A stretch of DNA of 64,000 nt, taken from Eledone cirrhosa. Lineage: Eukaryota. Each line of letters opens with the position of its first letter. Position 1 is the stretch's first letter. Location: assembly GCA_964016885.1 (NCBI GenBank), contig OZ024756.1, positions 5,394,001 through 5,458,000 on the forward strand. Reading direction: 5' to 3'. The notes under the pieces are model-generated. The model was not told where the DNA came from and made no database searches. It was given only the letters and a program-made list of their open reading frames with translations. Of the stretch, positions 25,918-37,889 are shown in pieces. A program made the translations under genes and the position numbers.

Positions 25918-26466
25918 TAATTGTTTCTACTTTTGACACAAAGCCAGTAATTACCCAATGCATTACTGGTACTTTATTTTATCGACCACGTAAGGATGAA
26001 AGGCAAAGTTAACCTTGGTGGGATTTGAACTCAGACCGTAAAGGGCCGTGACTCTATGCTACAAATCATGGTCTCCGATTCGCTACCGATACTGCCAATA
26101 AAATAAAATAATTGTTTCTACTTTAGGCACAAGGCCAGCAATCACCCAGTACATTATTGGTACTTTATTTTATCGACCCCGTAAGGATGAAAGGCAAAGT
26201 TAACCTCGGCGGGATTTGAACTCAGAATGGCAAGGGCCGTAACTCTATGCGTCAAAGCATGGCGTCCGACCCTCTACCGATACTGCCAATCCGCCGCCAC
26301 AATAATAATTGTTTCTACTTTTGGCACAAGGCCAGCCATTACCCAGTGCATTACTGGTACTTTATTTTATCGACCCTGTAAGGGTGAAAGGCAAAGTTAA
26401 CCTCGGCAGGATTTGAAGTCAGATCAGAAAGGGGCATAACTCTGTGCTACAAAGCATGATGTCCGA
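25918..26466 (-). mobile_element. Three tandem SINE A copies
   Basis: Family A consensus in head-to-tail arrangement. Confidence 0.9.
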
Positions 26467-26759
26467 AGAGAAAACAGTCTTCTGGTGTCATTTGTTGGCT
26501 GAGTTTGGAAATATATCTAAGTGTATTTTCTCTACGTTTCAGCGTCGATGTAATATTTGAGATTTGTATTGTGTTATGATGTATGATAGCAGTGTTATTG
26601 TTGTTGATGGTGTACGTAGTTACTGAATACAATACATTTCTGTGTAAGTTACATAGTTCAGGCTTATGTTGTTTCAGTTATTTTGATGTCGTAAACAAAC
26701 AACTGAAACTATTTTGTTCACTGCTTTTCTTTCTTTTTTTGGGGTGCGGCTTATTTTGT

Positions 26760-27452
26760 TTTTTATGTTGGTGTTGTTCTTGTGGGTGTTGTTGGTGGTG
26801 TTCTTGTTGGTGGTGGTGTTGGTGGTGTTCTTGTTGATGTTGGTGGTCGTGTTGGTGTTGGTGTCGGTGGTGTTCTTGATGGTGTAGATTGTGTTTTTGT
26901 TGGTGCTGTTGTTGGTGGTGTTGATGGTGTTGGTGGTGTTCTTGTTGATGGTGTTGGTGGTGTTCTTGGTGGTGTTGGTGTTGGTGGTGGTGTTGTTGAT
27001 GGTGTTGGTGGTGTTGGTGCTGTTGTTCGATGTGGTGTTGGTGGTGTTGGTGTTTGTGGTGTTGTTTGTGTTGGTGCGGTTTTTGTTCGATGTGGTGTTG
27101 TTGGTGTTTGTGGTGGTGTTGGTGTAGGTAGTGTTGTTGGTGGTGTTGGTGTAGGTGGTGTTGGTGCTGTTTTTGTTCTATGTGGTGTTGGTGTTTGTGG
27201 TGTTGTTGGTGTTTGTGGTGTTATGATGTTGGTGCTGTTGTTCGATGTTGTGTTGGTGCTGTTGGTGGTGTTGGTGTTTGTTGTGTTGTTGGTGGTGTTG
27301 GTGTTGTGGTGTTGGTGCTGTTGTTGTTCGATGTTGTTGGTGTTGGTGTTTGTGGTGTTGTTGGTGGTGTTGTGGTGTAGGTGATGTTGGTGTTCGATGT
27401 TGTGTTGGTGCTGTTGGTGTTGCTGGTGTTCGATGTGGTGTTGGTGCTGTTT
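26760..27452. repeat. Degenerate (GGT/GTT)n array
   Basis: Direct inspection; explains the Gly/Val ORFs. Confidence 0.9.
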
Positions 27453-27557
27453 AGTTTTAGTTCAGTCCTTATCCAGTTGTAGACCTGACATCAAAAGTCC
27501 TCCAAAATATCAACTAAACTTTCTAACAAAGTAAAACCAATTCCTAGCTATGGTGAT

Positions 27558-28260
27558 AATAATTGTTTCTACGCTTGGCACAAGGCAGCAACTACCCAGT
27601 ACATTACTGGTACTTTAATTTATCGTCCCCGTAAGGATAAAAGGCAAAGTTAACTTCGGCGAGATTTGAACTCAGAATAGCAAGGGCCGTAACTCCATGC
27701 CTAAAAACATGGCGTCCGACTCTCTACCGATACTGCCAATCTACCGCCCTTATAGTGATAATAATACTAACAACAATAAAATATAATAAATATGTAATAA
27801 TAATAATAGCAACAATAAAATAAGAATAATTGTTTCTACTTTTGGCACAAGGCCAGCAATTACCCCAGTACATTACTGGTACTTTATTTTATCGACGGCG
27901 TAAGGATGAAAGGCAAAGTTAACCTCGGCGGGATTTGAACTCGGGTCATACAGGGAGGTAACTCTATGCTTCAAAGCATGGCGTCCGACCCTCTACCGAT
28001 ACTGCCATTCCACCGCCTTAAGAATAAGAATAATACTAATAATGGTTTCTCCTTTAGGCACAAGGCCAGTAATTTGAGGGGGGGGGGGATTCGATTAAAT
28101 GGACCCATTACATTACTGGTACTTTATTTTATTGACCCCGTAAGGATGAAAGACAAAGCTAACCGTGGCACGATTTGAACTCAGAACGTAAAGTGCCGAA
28201 ACCCTATGCTGCAAAGCATATGGTCCGGTGCTCTACCAATTCTGCCAATCCACTACCCTT
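27558..28260 (-). mobile_element. Three SINE A copies separated by (AAT)n
   Basis: Family A consensus. Confidence 0.9.
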
Positions 28261-28339
28261 GCCTATAATACTAATAATAACAGCAATAATAATAATGTGT
28301 TAAATTTTTATTTTTAATAACGAAGTAAAACTAATATAA

Positions 28340-28992
28340 CAGCAACTAATACAACAACTAACACAACACAACACAACTAACACAACACAACTAACTCAAC
28401 ACAACTAACACAACACAACTAACACAACACAACTAACACAACACAACTAACACAACACAACTAACACAACACAACTAACACAACACAACTAACACAACTA
28501 ACACAACACAACTAACTCAACACAACTAACACAACACAACTAACACAACACAACTAACACAACACAACTAACACAACACAACTAACACAACGCAACTAAC
28601 ACAACACAACTAACACAACACAACTAATACAACACAACTAATACAACACAACTAATACAACTGATATAACAGCTACTAATACAACTAATACAACACCAAC
28701 TAATACAACAACAACTGATACAACAACTGATACAACTAATACAACTGATATAACAGCTACTAATACAACTAATACAACAACAACTAATACAACTAATACA
28801 ACAACAAATACAACTAATACAACAACTAATACAACAACAAATACAACTAATACAACAACTAATACAACAACAACTAATACAACAACTAATACAACAACAA
28901 ATACAACTAATACAACAACAACTAATACAACAACTAATACAACAACAAATACAACTAATACAACAACAACTAGTACAACTACTACTAATACA
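28340..28992. repeat. G-poor minisatellite: 14-bp ctaacacaacacaa grading into ctaatacaacaa units
   Basis: Direct inspection. Confidence 0.9.
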
Positions 28993-29704
28993 TTTTCTCC
29001 TAATAAATGATTGTTGTGTCGACGGTCAGAGTTGCTGACAAGAAAAATTTCACACGGAGATTGAAAATAATGATCTTAATCCAATATTTTAATGAGTTTA
29101 TCCAATGAAGGGAGAATTACTTCTCATTGTAAACCGTAAAAAAATAACAGTTTACCTCATTAAATATGACTTATGTTTTTTATTTACTTAAATAACATTG
29201 TAGAAGTCACCAGTTGTATAATTTGGCAAAGGTCTCTCATTAAAAGTTCATTTTTTGCCGATTTGTTTTCCTCAGCATCATTATTACTCTACTGTATTTG
29301 AATTATGGGGGAAAAAATTCATTGAGCACTAATTTGATGTTTGTCCTTTAGTCAGAAAAATAGTTTTTTGTACTAAAACTATAAACTCTACATTACTACC
29401 ATTCATATTATCAGCCACAGTTTTATGAAAATCTACGTGTACAAGGATAGTTGATACCAGAATACTAAGAAGAAAATATACCATTGCAAGCCGAAGGACA
29501 TGATTTTAGTTTTGTGGTAATAACCATTGCGCGCATGTCTCTCCTTTTAGTGAGTTGGTATGGTAGAATATATGGTTTCTATTGTGGGTTTTGTTGTGTT
29601 TTATTGGTTAAGAAGTTCACTTCACAATCATGAGGTTCTGGGTTCATTACCAGTGCATGGCATCACTGTCAATTATCTTTACATATACCAGAGTTGATCT
29701 AAAG

Positions 29705-30015
29705 AAGTGATGGGCAACCTGCGGCCCGCGAAGCTTTCTGAATGGCTCACCCAAGTGAAATCTTTTATTTATTTATTTTTTTTATTTTTATTTTTATTTT
29801 TTTTACCCCAACTTTTCAGTCGTAATTTATCTTTCTATCATTTTTACGAATTCTGAAGAAACGTGTACGAATTCTGAAGAAACAAATCAAAACAACCTGA
29901 GTTACCGCCCTTTTTTGTTTAATGCGGGCACGAATGTAAATTGGCGCTTGCGGCCAGCCTGATGATGAACCATATCTCATGCGGCCCGCTTCTCGAAAAA
30001 GGTTGCCTATGCCTG
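29705..30015. mobile_element. hAT-type MITE nested in an older SINE (~29600-30065)
   Basis: Terminal inverted repeats aagtgatgggcaacct / aggttgcctatgcctg, subterminal gcggcccgc, 8-bp target-site duplication atctaaag/atataaag. Confidence 0.75.
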
Positions 30016-30344
30016 ATATAAAGCTTGCGAATGAATTAGGGTAGATAAAAGTGGTGTAGAGGCCTGCTAGGTGGATTCATAGACCCGGTAATTTAGATGT
30101 ACACTAGACACACACTGTGACAGACTGATTTAAATTGAAAGTCACGTTCACGGTAGATCTGTCTGGAGAATTAACCACTGGCATGTTAATTTACTCAACT
30201 GAACATTTCGTTGATTACAAGACTAGGCTGAAACGTTTCTAGGCCTAAATGAAAGAAACAATGCAGTTATTAATATCAAAAGTTGAAATGAATGCATGCA
30301 AGATTTCACAGCCTATGTACTTTACAGCCCACTCTCGTATCATA

Positions 30345-31135
30345 ATATTATAAAGAGAAGAGTGCAGGATTGTGTCCTGAATATAATTTTTTTGTCTCGT
30401 TAGTAAAATAAGTTAGATTACTTTGAATAAATAATTGTTTCTACTTTTGGCACAAGGCCAGCAAATACCCAGTGTATGACTGGTACTTTATTTTATCGAC
30501 ACCATAAGGATGAAAGGCAAATTTAACCTCGGCGGGATTTGAACTCGGAATGGAAAGGGCCGTAACTCTATGCGTCAAAGCATGGCGTCCGACCCCCTAC
30601 CGATACTGCCAATCCACCGCCCTTTGAATAAATTACTTTGAATAAATAATGAATGAATGTTACATAATTTATCTACTAAATTTCGTAGCTGTTGATTAAG
30701 CATAAATATTCTCATATATAACGATTGTTTATGTTAAGATTCACTTATTTTAAAATGTTCAGTTTTCCATAGCGTCCGTTATATCATAACCGGAAGTATG
30801 TTATATCGCTTATATAAACGTCCATATATTTGCATCGTTATATAACGTTTATATTTCTGTCGATAATTTTCTCCTTTACCATGTCCATCACATTTCACCC
30901 TCATGCAGTTTATATATAATATTGTCTTTTGTAAATGTGTCATGGATTACTTTACTGATTACAGAAGACAGTGTAACACAGTCTATCTTCAATTTCTGTG
31001 CATATTCTCAAATACAATTTTATTTGATGTATCATATCTACATGGATGTATATTTGCGTATAATATCAATAAGCACACTACACATGCTTGCAGAAAACCA
31101 CCCAAAGGGTGGTTTTTTTCTACTTGTATACTGTA
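30345..31135 (+). mobile_element. Family C dispersed repeat with a SINE A insertion at 30432-30622 (-)
   Basis: Homologous to 13545-14150 and 37890-39700; ctttgaataaat duplicated around the SINE. Confidence 0.7.
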
Positions 31136-32065
31136 ATAATCATCGTCGAAACCAACGAAGGAATCATCATTATGGAATACATTATGTGAAAGTCGACAGA
31201 CAGGTAAAAAGGAAGCCATTGCAGAAATTAATTTTATTTGACAAAGTATTGAGTTTCTTTATTACAATTATGTTCTGATGCAAGATGGCAGCGCCAGTCT
31301 CTCGAGTTTAAAACGAATTAAACATATCACTTCTACATTTAAACTGAATGTTTAACGTAGTAGAAGATATCAAGTTGTGTTTTATGTTGTATTATTTCAA
31401 TGGAATTATAACGTGGCAATTATATAACATTGTTCACAGTCGGATTATCAGTAATTTAATTGATGAATGTAAATAGTAAATGGTAATCCCACGTTGACGG
31501 GTAGAAATCTATTTTTATTTTTATTCTTTCAGTCTGAAACTTAAGACATTTTATTTATGTCAGTGGCAGTAGCCCAGCATGGCCTCAGCCTGTCAGCTGG
31601 AACATGTGACAGAGTAATAGAGTAATATAAGTTAATGTCACCAAATAATCTTGCTTTTTCTTTATAAATTATGGGATAAGGATAAAAATGCCATATTACC
31701 TTGTGGAGTCACCGTCACATGGTGTGTCTAGGGCACTTTTAAACCTGGCGGAGCCCAGCCCTCTCCAGCTCTGAACACAGCCGATTCTTTCTATAGAGGA
31801 AGGATCGACCCCAGTACTCGACTGGTAGCTTTTTTTATCGACCTCGAAAGGATGAAAGTCAAAGTTGACCTCGGCGGGATTTGAACTCAGAGCACGCCAA
31901 AATGTGGAACGACTCTGCCAATTCGCCGCCTTAAAATTCTGTGATCCTGTACCTAGAAAAGAAACAAGTATCAGTAGTCTTCAAATACGTTCACATGAAA
32001 TGTTTACAGGATTAATGTAAATTGTATGAGCTAAAGAAATAGACAGAAAAATAATAGATCAATAG

Positions 32066-32343
32066 CAGGTGTGTGCAACATATTCTATTGCCGGGCCACT
32101 TTTGAACATCGGAACAACTATTAGGGCCATTAATATTTAGTAAGCACTATTTCAAAGATTCACCACAACTTCTTTCCTTAACATGGAACTGGGAAATTAT
32201 AACACACATAACCCTATCAGTGAAGCCCTTTAGTATAGGTCAACTAACTGTAAATTGTTTTACGGTTACGAAAACAATTCTAAATAAGCTTACAACGTAA
32301 AAATTAAAAACGGACTCCGCGGGCCGCCTTTTGCATGCCCCTG
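32066..32343. mobile_element. hAT-type MITE
   Basis: Terminal inverted repeats caggtgtgtgcaa / ttgcatgcccctg, cgggcc subterminal motifs; target-site duplication poorly preserved. Confidence 0.55.
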
Positions 32344-32477
32344 ATCTTATGAATAAACATAGGATAACATTTAAATATGTCCTAATAATATGTACGTAAA
32401 TTGATATTGTTGTTTAGCTCCAAGTCCGGCCACATGGAATGTGCTTATTATTTAGCACGGCCACTTTTTACGGTTAT

Positions 32478-32862
32478 AGTATAAAGAACCTGCTCCGACG
32501 CAGAAATGTTATAAAAATAGCTTATAAAATAGGGTGAAAACCCTTCATAGACAGAAAAAGAAGCTGCCATTGGCCGCTATGACAAATTGAACCCCGTTAT
32601 ATTCCTGATACCGGCTTGTTTACAGTCGGATATCTGTCTCTGTCAGTCTGTCTGCCTGGTGACATCTGAAAGCTGTTGCCCAGTTATCTAGTTACAATGA
32701 CGGGAAGGGATGTGCCATGGCACCTTAGCTTAATTGTTAAAGCGTCTAGCCGGTATCTGGAAGATATGGAGTTGAATGCCTCATAGCGGCCGATGGCAAC
32801 TTCTTTTTCCGTCTTTTTAAGTGATCTGTATAATATTTCTGAACTCAAGCACTTTCTTTATA
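32478..32862. mobile_element. Fold-back/MITE-like element with long imperfect inverted arms
   Basis: gacagaaaaagaagctgccattggccgctatga pairs with tcatagcggccgatggcaacttctttttccgtc; gataccggct / agccggtatc. Confidence 0.65.
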
Positions 32863-34086
32863 CTTATATATACATATATTCTCAATGCTTCAAAAGCCGA
32901 AAATTCGGTTTCGTAAATTGTTTATTTATATATATATATATATAAATAAAGAGTCAGGACCCCGACGGCTGAGCTCCGGCCGTTTCGACAGCTAGATCCG
33001 AACTAAGCCAGCAGTATTAGGACGGTGGGAATCCAGGGATACAGTCCATATATGGGCATACAGTCAAAACCAAAAAAAAGAAATATCAAATCAAAGAATT
33101 CTAAAAATGTGTTGTTTCTTGTCTCTCATGGGGTGCGGTAAATGATTTTGTCATGTACATGGTTAAATTCCGTCATAGCAGTGGCGGTGGTGGGAGGGGG
33201 GCTGTACTGGCCTGTAGAACAAAGGGAAGGAAGTCTGATCTGTAGGTGCCAAGCCGGTTAGGCGTTAAGAGAGAAATCTTTACAACTGTCTTTCATTTAT
33301 AGAGACGGTAACCAGCCATTCAAAGGGATAAGAAAGTAATTCAGCATGTAAGAATCAAGGGAGGTTGTTAGGGTAAAGTAAGTATGCCAGTTCTAACACA
33401 TAGCTAAAGAGCAAAGCATATAGATATTAATACTAATTAAATTCCTAATAAAATAATTTAGTTATCCGATACTCTAAGGCACGGGAAGGGCACCTGAATA
33501 CAGTAATTTACCAGTGTTTTCTTTTATAATGATACACATAAAAAAAGCATGGTTATGTGTTCGGCCGGTTCTATGTATATTTAACACGCACGCACGCGTG
33601 TGTGTGTGTGTGTAAAACTTAATAATTTTTCTTCGAATTTTTGTTATTATTATTATTTGTATAAATATGGAACTTAACTATATTATGAATATCCGCATTT
33701 GACAATGCATATACTGTTGAAACCGGTACCATTATTGAATGCGAAAATATCCTCTTTATAAATAAATAAATGTTTTGATGTTACACTGAAAGAATCTCTT
33801 CAGCATTTTCTACTGAAAAAATCTTTTTCCTTTCTACTATTTGTTTTTATATATATATTAACTCGTGTGTTTCTTTTCTACATTTGATATATATATATAT
33901 ATATTCCTTCTAACTAGCCTCTGTGTCACGTGATTGATTCTTTAGAATCGGCCATTTGACTTGAAGCAGTGAGAATTTCGGTACATAGAATCCAGTCCTC
34001 GCAAGCTGTTCGATCTACCGAATTATTATTATTTTTATATGAGCCGCCAGTATCCGCGCATTGCCTGGAGACTTAACTGAGAATAG

Positions 34087-34168
34087 ACTCCCTGATGACG
34101 CAATGAATTCTCGACAGTTGGATTACGTAACTGTCTTTATCCCATTGCAGAAACTAATTAGTTGGAGT
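34087..34168 (+). ncRNA. Type I hammerhead ribozyme motif (copy 1)
   Basis: actcc-CTGATGA-cgcaatg...cattgca-GAAAC-taatta-GTT-ggagt; palindromic helix III aactaattagtt; C10.1.A11.1 mismatch. Confidence 0.78.
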
Positions 34169-34646
34169 GAAAATTTAAGTAAGTAAAAAATTTAAAAAAA
34201 ACTTTTTTTTTAAAAAAATATTTTCTTATTTTACGTCCTTTATATTATTGTTCTGCATTCTCCTGCATTGAACCACCTAGGTACTATGACATAACCTGTG
34301 TATTTTCTAGCATGGGCGTGCATCTGTGCGCTTATGTTAGTTGATATATTAAATTATCTATATTTATCTCCAAATCACTGATTTGTCGAGCAAACTTGCC
34401 AAAACCACTTCTAAAAAAATTCTTTTTGGGGTGTTAGTAGGCGTCAGTCATCTTACCATCCCATTCCTTCTAACTAGCCTCTGTGTCACGTGATTGATTC
34501 TTTAGAATCGGCCATTTGACTTGAAGCAGTAAGAATTTCGGTACATAGAATCCAGTCCTCGCAAGCTGTTCGATCTACCGAATTATTATTATTTTTATAT
34601 GAGCCGCCAGTGTCCGCGCATTGCCTGGAGACTTAACTGAGAATAG

Positions 34647-34728
34647 ACTCCCTGATGACGCAATGAATTCTCGACAGTTGGATTACGTAACTGTCTTTAT
34701 CCCATTGCAGAAACTAATTAGTTGGAGT
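34647..34728 (+). ncRNA. Type I hammerhead ribozyme motif (copy 2)
   Basis: Identical to 34087-34168, offset by 560 nt. Confidence 0.78.
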
Positions 34729-34806
34729 GAAAATTTAAGTAAGTAAAAAATTTTAAAAAAACTTTTTTTCTTAAAATATTTTCTTATTTTACGTCCTTTA
34801 TATATA

Positions 34807-34883
<77 letters not shown>

Positions 34884-35830
34884 AGTGACTCGTATAAGAG
34901 TCTGAAGTATTCTGGATATATGCTCAAATTTGGGCGTTGAGATATAAACAAAAAATATATGTATATATACATTGATGCTCTCCTCGTGGTGAGATATATA
35001 CGGTGCGTGGTTAGCTAATATCTAGGCGATCCGCCGATTCTGGTTCAATACCCGGTTTACTACATTTCATTTTACACTCCTGAGAAACTTTAGAAAATCA
35101 CACACGTCACCGTAATAGATTAACTTAAACAGTTGGAGGTTTATGTTTTCACGAAACTTGCAATGTATATCAGGACTTACGTTAGGTATTTTCCGTAACA
35201 GAAATGATACGGTGAACTAACAAATTCTACCTCAAAGGGTAACATTTTGTTCATGGAATATTTCATGTAAATACAGTTTAATAGAAAAAGAAAAAAAGAA
35301 AATTTAAGAAGAATGGAATGTAAAAGAGGAAAATTTGAAGAAAAACAAGAAAAAAAAATGGAAAAGGAAGGAATGGCAAGGATTCGTGTCACAGAAGAAT
35401 GGGAAGGGAGAGAAGAATTGGATTATGGGTCTAGTAACAAATTATACTTGAATCAGTGTTGCACATTAAAGGTTTTAAAATCTCATTTTGAAGAGAATCC
35501 CTATTTTATGGGTTGCCAAATGAAGGAGGAATAATTTCAATGATTTCTTCAAGTTGATAGAGAATAAGTTTGCAGAATACCGTTACTCAAGTGGCTCTCA
35601 GCTCGGAAGGGTGAAATAAATCGTGGATGATTTCATATACATCCAAGGAAAATATGGCTTCTTGTTTCTCCTTCTAATGCGGTTTGGTGACATCTGAATA
35701 TACTAAGGATAATTAGAATAGCAAATTTATTAACATATAACAAAACACGCTACACACTAATATACAATACCCTCCCTCCCCCACAACTCCCAAGCATATA
35801 AAAACACATTGTGTGTGTGTGCACGCACGC

Positions 35831-35868
<38 letters not shown>

Positions 35869-36250
35869 GCACATGCATACATTCATACATAAATATATTA
35901 CAAACGGCGAATGTCGAGATAAGTTTCAGAAGCAAAAGAAAGTCTTGATAAATGGTTTGATACCTGAACACATTTAATAAAACATTTCTGAAATTGATAA
36001 ATATTAGATGAAAATCTATTTTATCACCCTATTGTGGTGAGAAAGTAACAAAAAAATTCCAACTAAGACATATTTCACAGCCAGGAGTCTTCACAAGTTA
36101 AAAACTTACAGAATTTGTAAGCATTATTTTTATAGGAACACCTGAATGCAATTCTTCATGGAAGAGAAGACTTGGAAGAATTAGCTTACACTCTCCTCCC
36201 CCTCTAGTTCGCTCTCTCTATATACATACATATATACATGTGTATGTATG

Positions 36251-36314
<64 letters not shown>

Positions 36315-36469
36315 CAATTTAGCTTCAGGCATAGTTGCATACAAATATGGAATTTCGTATTTCAGAAGAAATACGTATGTTTCAAATAAACATTTAGAGA
36401 GCCGTACCTATGCCAAGACACCAGCGACTAATACCGTCTGGCGGCCATGTTGGGGCACCGTCTCCAATG

Positions 36470-36738
36470 CAACACTTTCTATAGCCAGCCTCAGAATCCA
36501 ACACCCCAGTCGCCTCCACATTATCATTAATTTGGTGATGTTTGCATGAAACAATTCATCATTGTTCATCTCAATACTCAGACCCCGTATTGATTTTGAC
36601 TCTGGGGTTTCGATTCCTCCTGGTCCAGTGTGTTGTGGTGGTCCTATGTTTGTAGGTTGCAAGTTGTTATTTTCAGCCCATTCGTATATGGGATCTAAAT
36701 CCTGTTGTAAGAGAGTAGCATCAGCCGGTTTCTTGATG
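36470..36738 (-). pseudogene. CR1/L2-like LINE reverse transcriptase C-terminal fragment
   Basis: LLQQDLDPIYEWAENNNL...SIRGLSIEMNNDELFHANI...GCWILR. Confidence 0.7.
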
Positions 36739-37137
36739 ACCCCTTAGCCTTTGTCAAGACAGGATTCTAGGAGAAGGAAAACTCTGATATAACATCTGCA
36801 ACCCTGATGGTATCCAATGATGTTGACTTGTTCTTCTTTTTGGTAAATATCATCTTGGTTAAGAGAGTGGGACGGGCTTTGTGCAGTGCCTTTGCTCACT
36901 ATAAAAGCTTCATGGCACAGGCATTGCTTTATATCTGGAGATCTCTCTGCACTTGTCGTCACATGGTACCATGGGCCCAGCACTATGTGTCAATAATTGT
37001 CACAAGTGTAGTGTTTCTACCAGAGTTTTCAAGTCGCTGGCTGGACTAAAAAGTCACACTCGTTCAGCGCTTCGGTAGGGGTTCTCCTACATGGATATAA
37101 AGTAGTGGCCGTACTCGAAAACGAGTTGGCAGCCACC
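36736..37137 (+). mobile_element. 5'-truncated copy of the ~600-bp RTE-like element
   Basis: Matches 5835-6236 and lacks the first ~195 bp. Confidence 0.8.
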
Positions 37138-37439
37138 ATATATATATATGATCTTTCCGGTGAAACGCGCATCCTTGAGTATCGATTGCTAATTTGTTGT
37201 GAATCTCTCTCTCCCGCTCTCTCTCTCTCCCCCTCTCTCTCTCTCTCTCTCCCGCTCTCTCGACAGGACACCGACGGCCAGTATTATAATTCTGGTGGCT
37301 TAATTCGGATTTAGCTGTAAAAGGGCCGGAGCTCAGCCGTCGGGGTCCTGACTATATTCATATTACCCACTGTACTACTCTAAGTATTGAGTACGCTGGT
37401 GCGTTATGGTCCAGCTGGTATCTTACCACACACTCTTTG

Positions 37440-37481
<42 letters not shown>

Positions 37482-37484
37482 AAA

Positions 37485-37658
37485 TAATTGTTTCTACCTT
37501 TGGCACAAGGTCAGCAAATACCCAGTGGATTACTGGTACTTTATTTTATCGACCTCGTAAGGATGAAAGGCAATGTTAACCTCGGCGGGATTTGAACTCA
37601 GAATGGCAAGGGCCGTAACTTTATTCGTCAAAGCATGGCGTCCGACCCTCTACCGATA
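37485..37658 (-). mobile_element. SINE family A
   Basis: Consensus match. Confidence 0.88.
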
Positions 37659-37889
37659 CATGTTATATGTCTGAAAGGTCTCTTCTACAATGCAATAATT
37701 TACTAATATTTCGACAATTTCTAAGATATCAGACCGAATATCCGCAAAATACTGAAACAAACAAATCTAAAGTTAAGAGCTCTTAATTTGTTGATAGGTC
37801 TATATGATGTTTAGAGGAAAGTTGTGGTAGGGTCCACATTCACATTATTATTTTTCAATCAGTTTTTATTTACAAACAAACCAACATAA

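Larger units (their letters stand above)
33903..34803 (+). mobile_element. Retrozyme-like or mini-Penelope element: 560-nt unit plus ~340-nt terminal duplication, with two hammerheads
   Basis: Near-identical direct repeats 33903-34245 / 34463-34803; (TA)n on both sides; no meaningful ORF. Confidence 0.85.

Noticed and set aside
29960-29970. CTGATGA core (likewise at 12844, 16277, 25544, 48948, 50868 and 55440)
   Set aside because: No matching GAAA with paired helices
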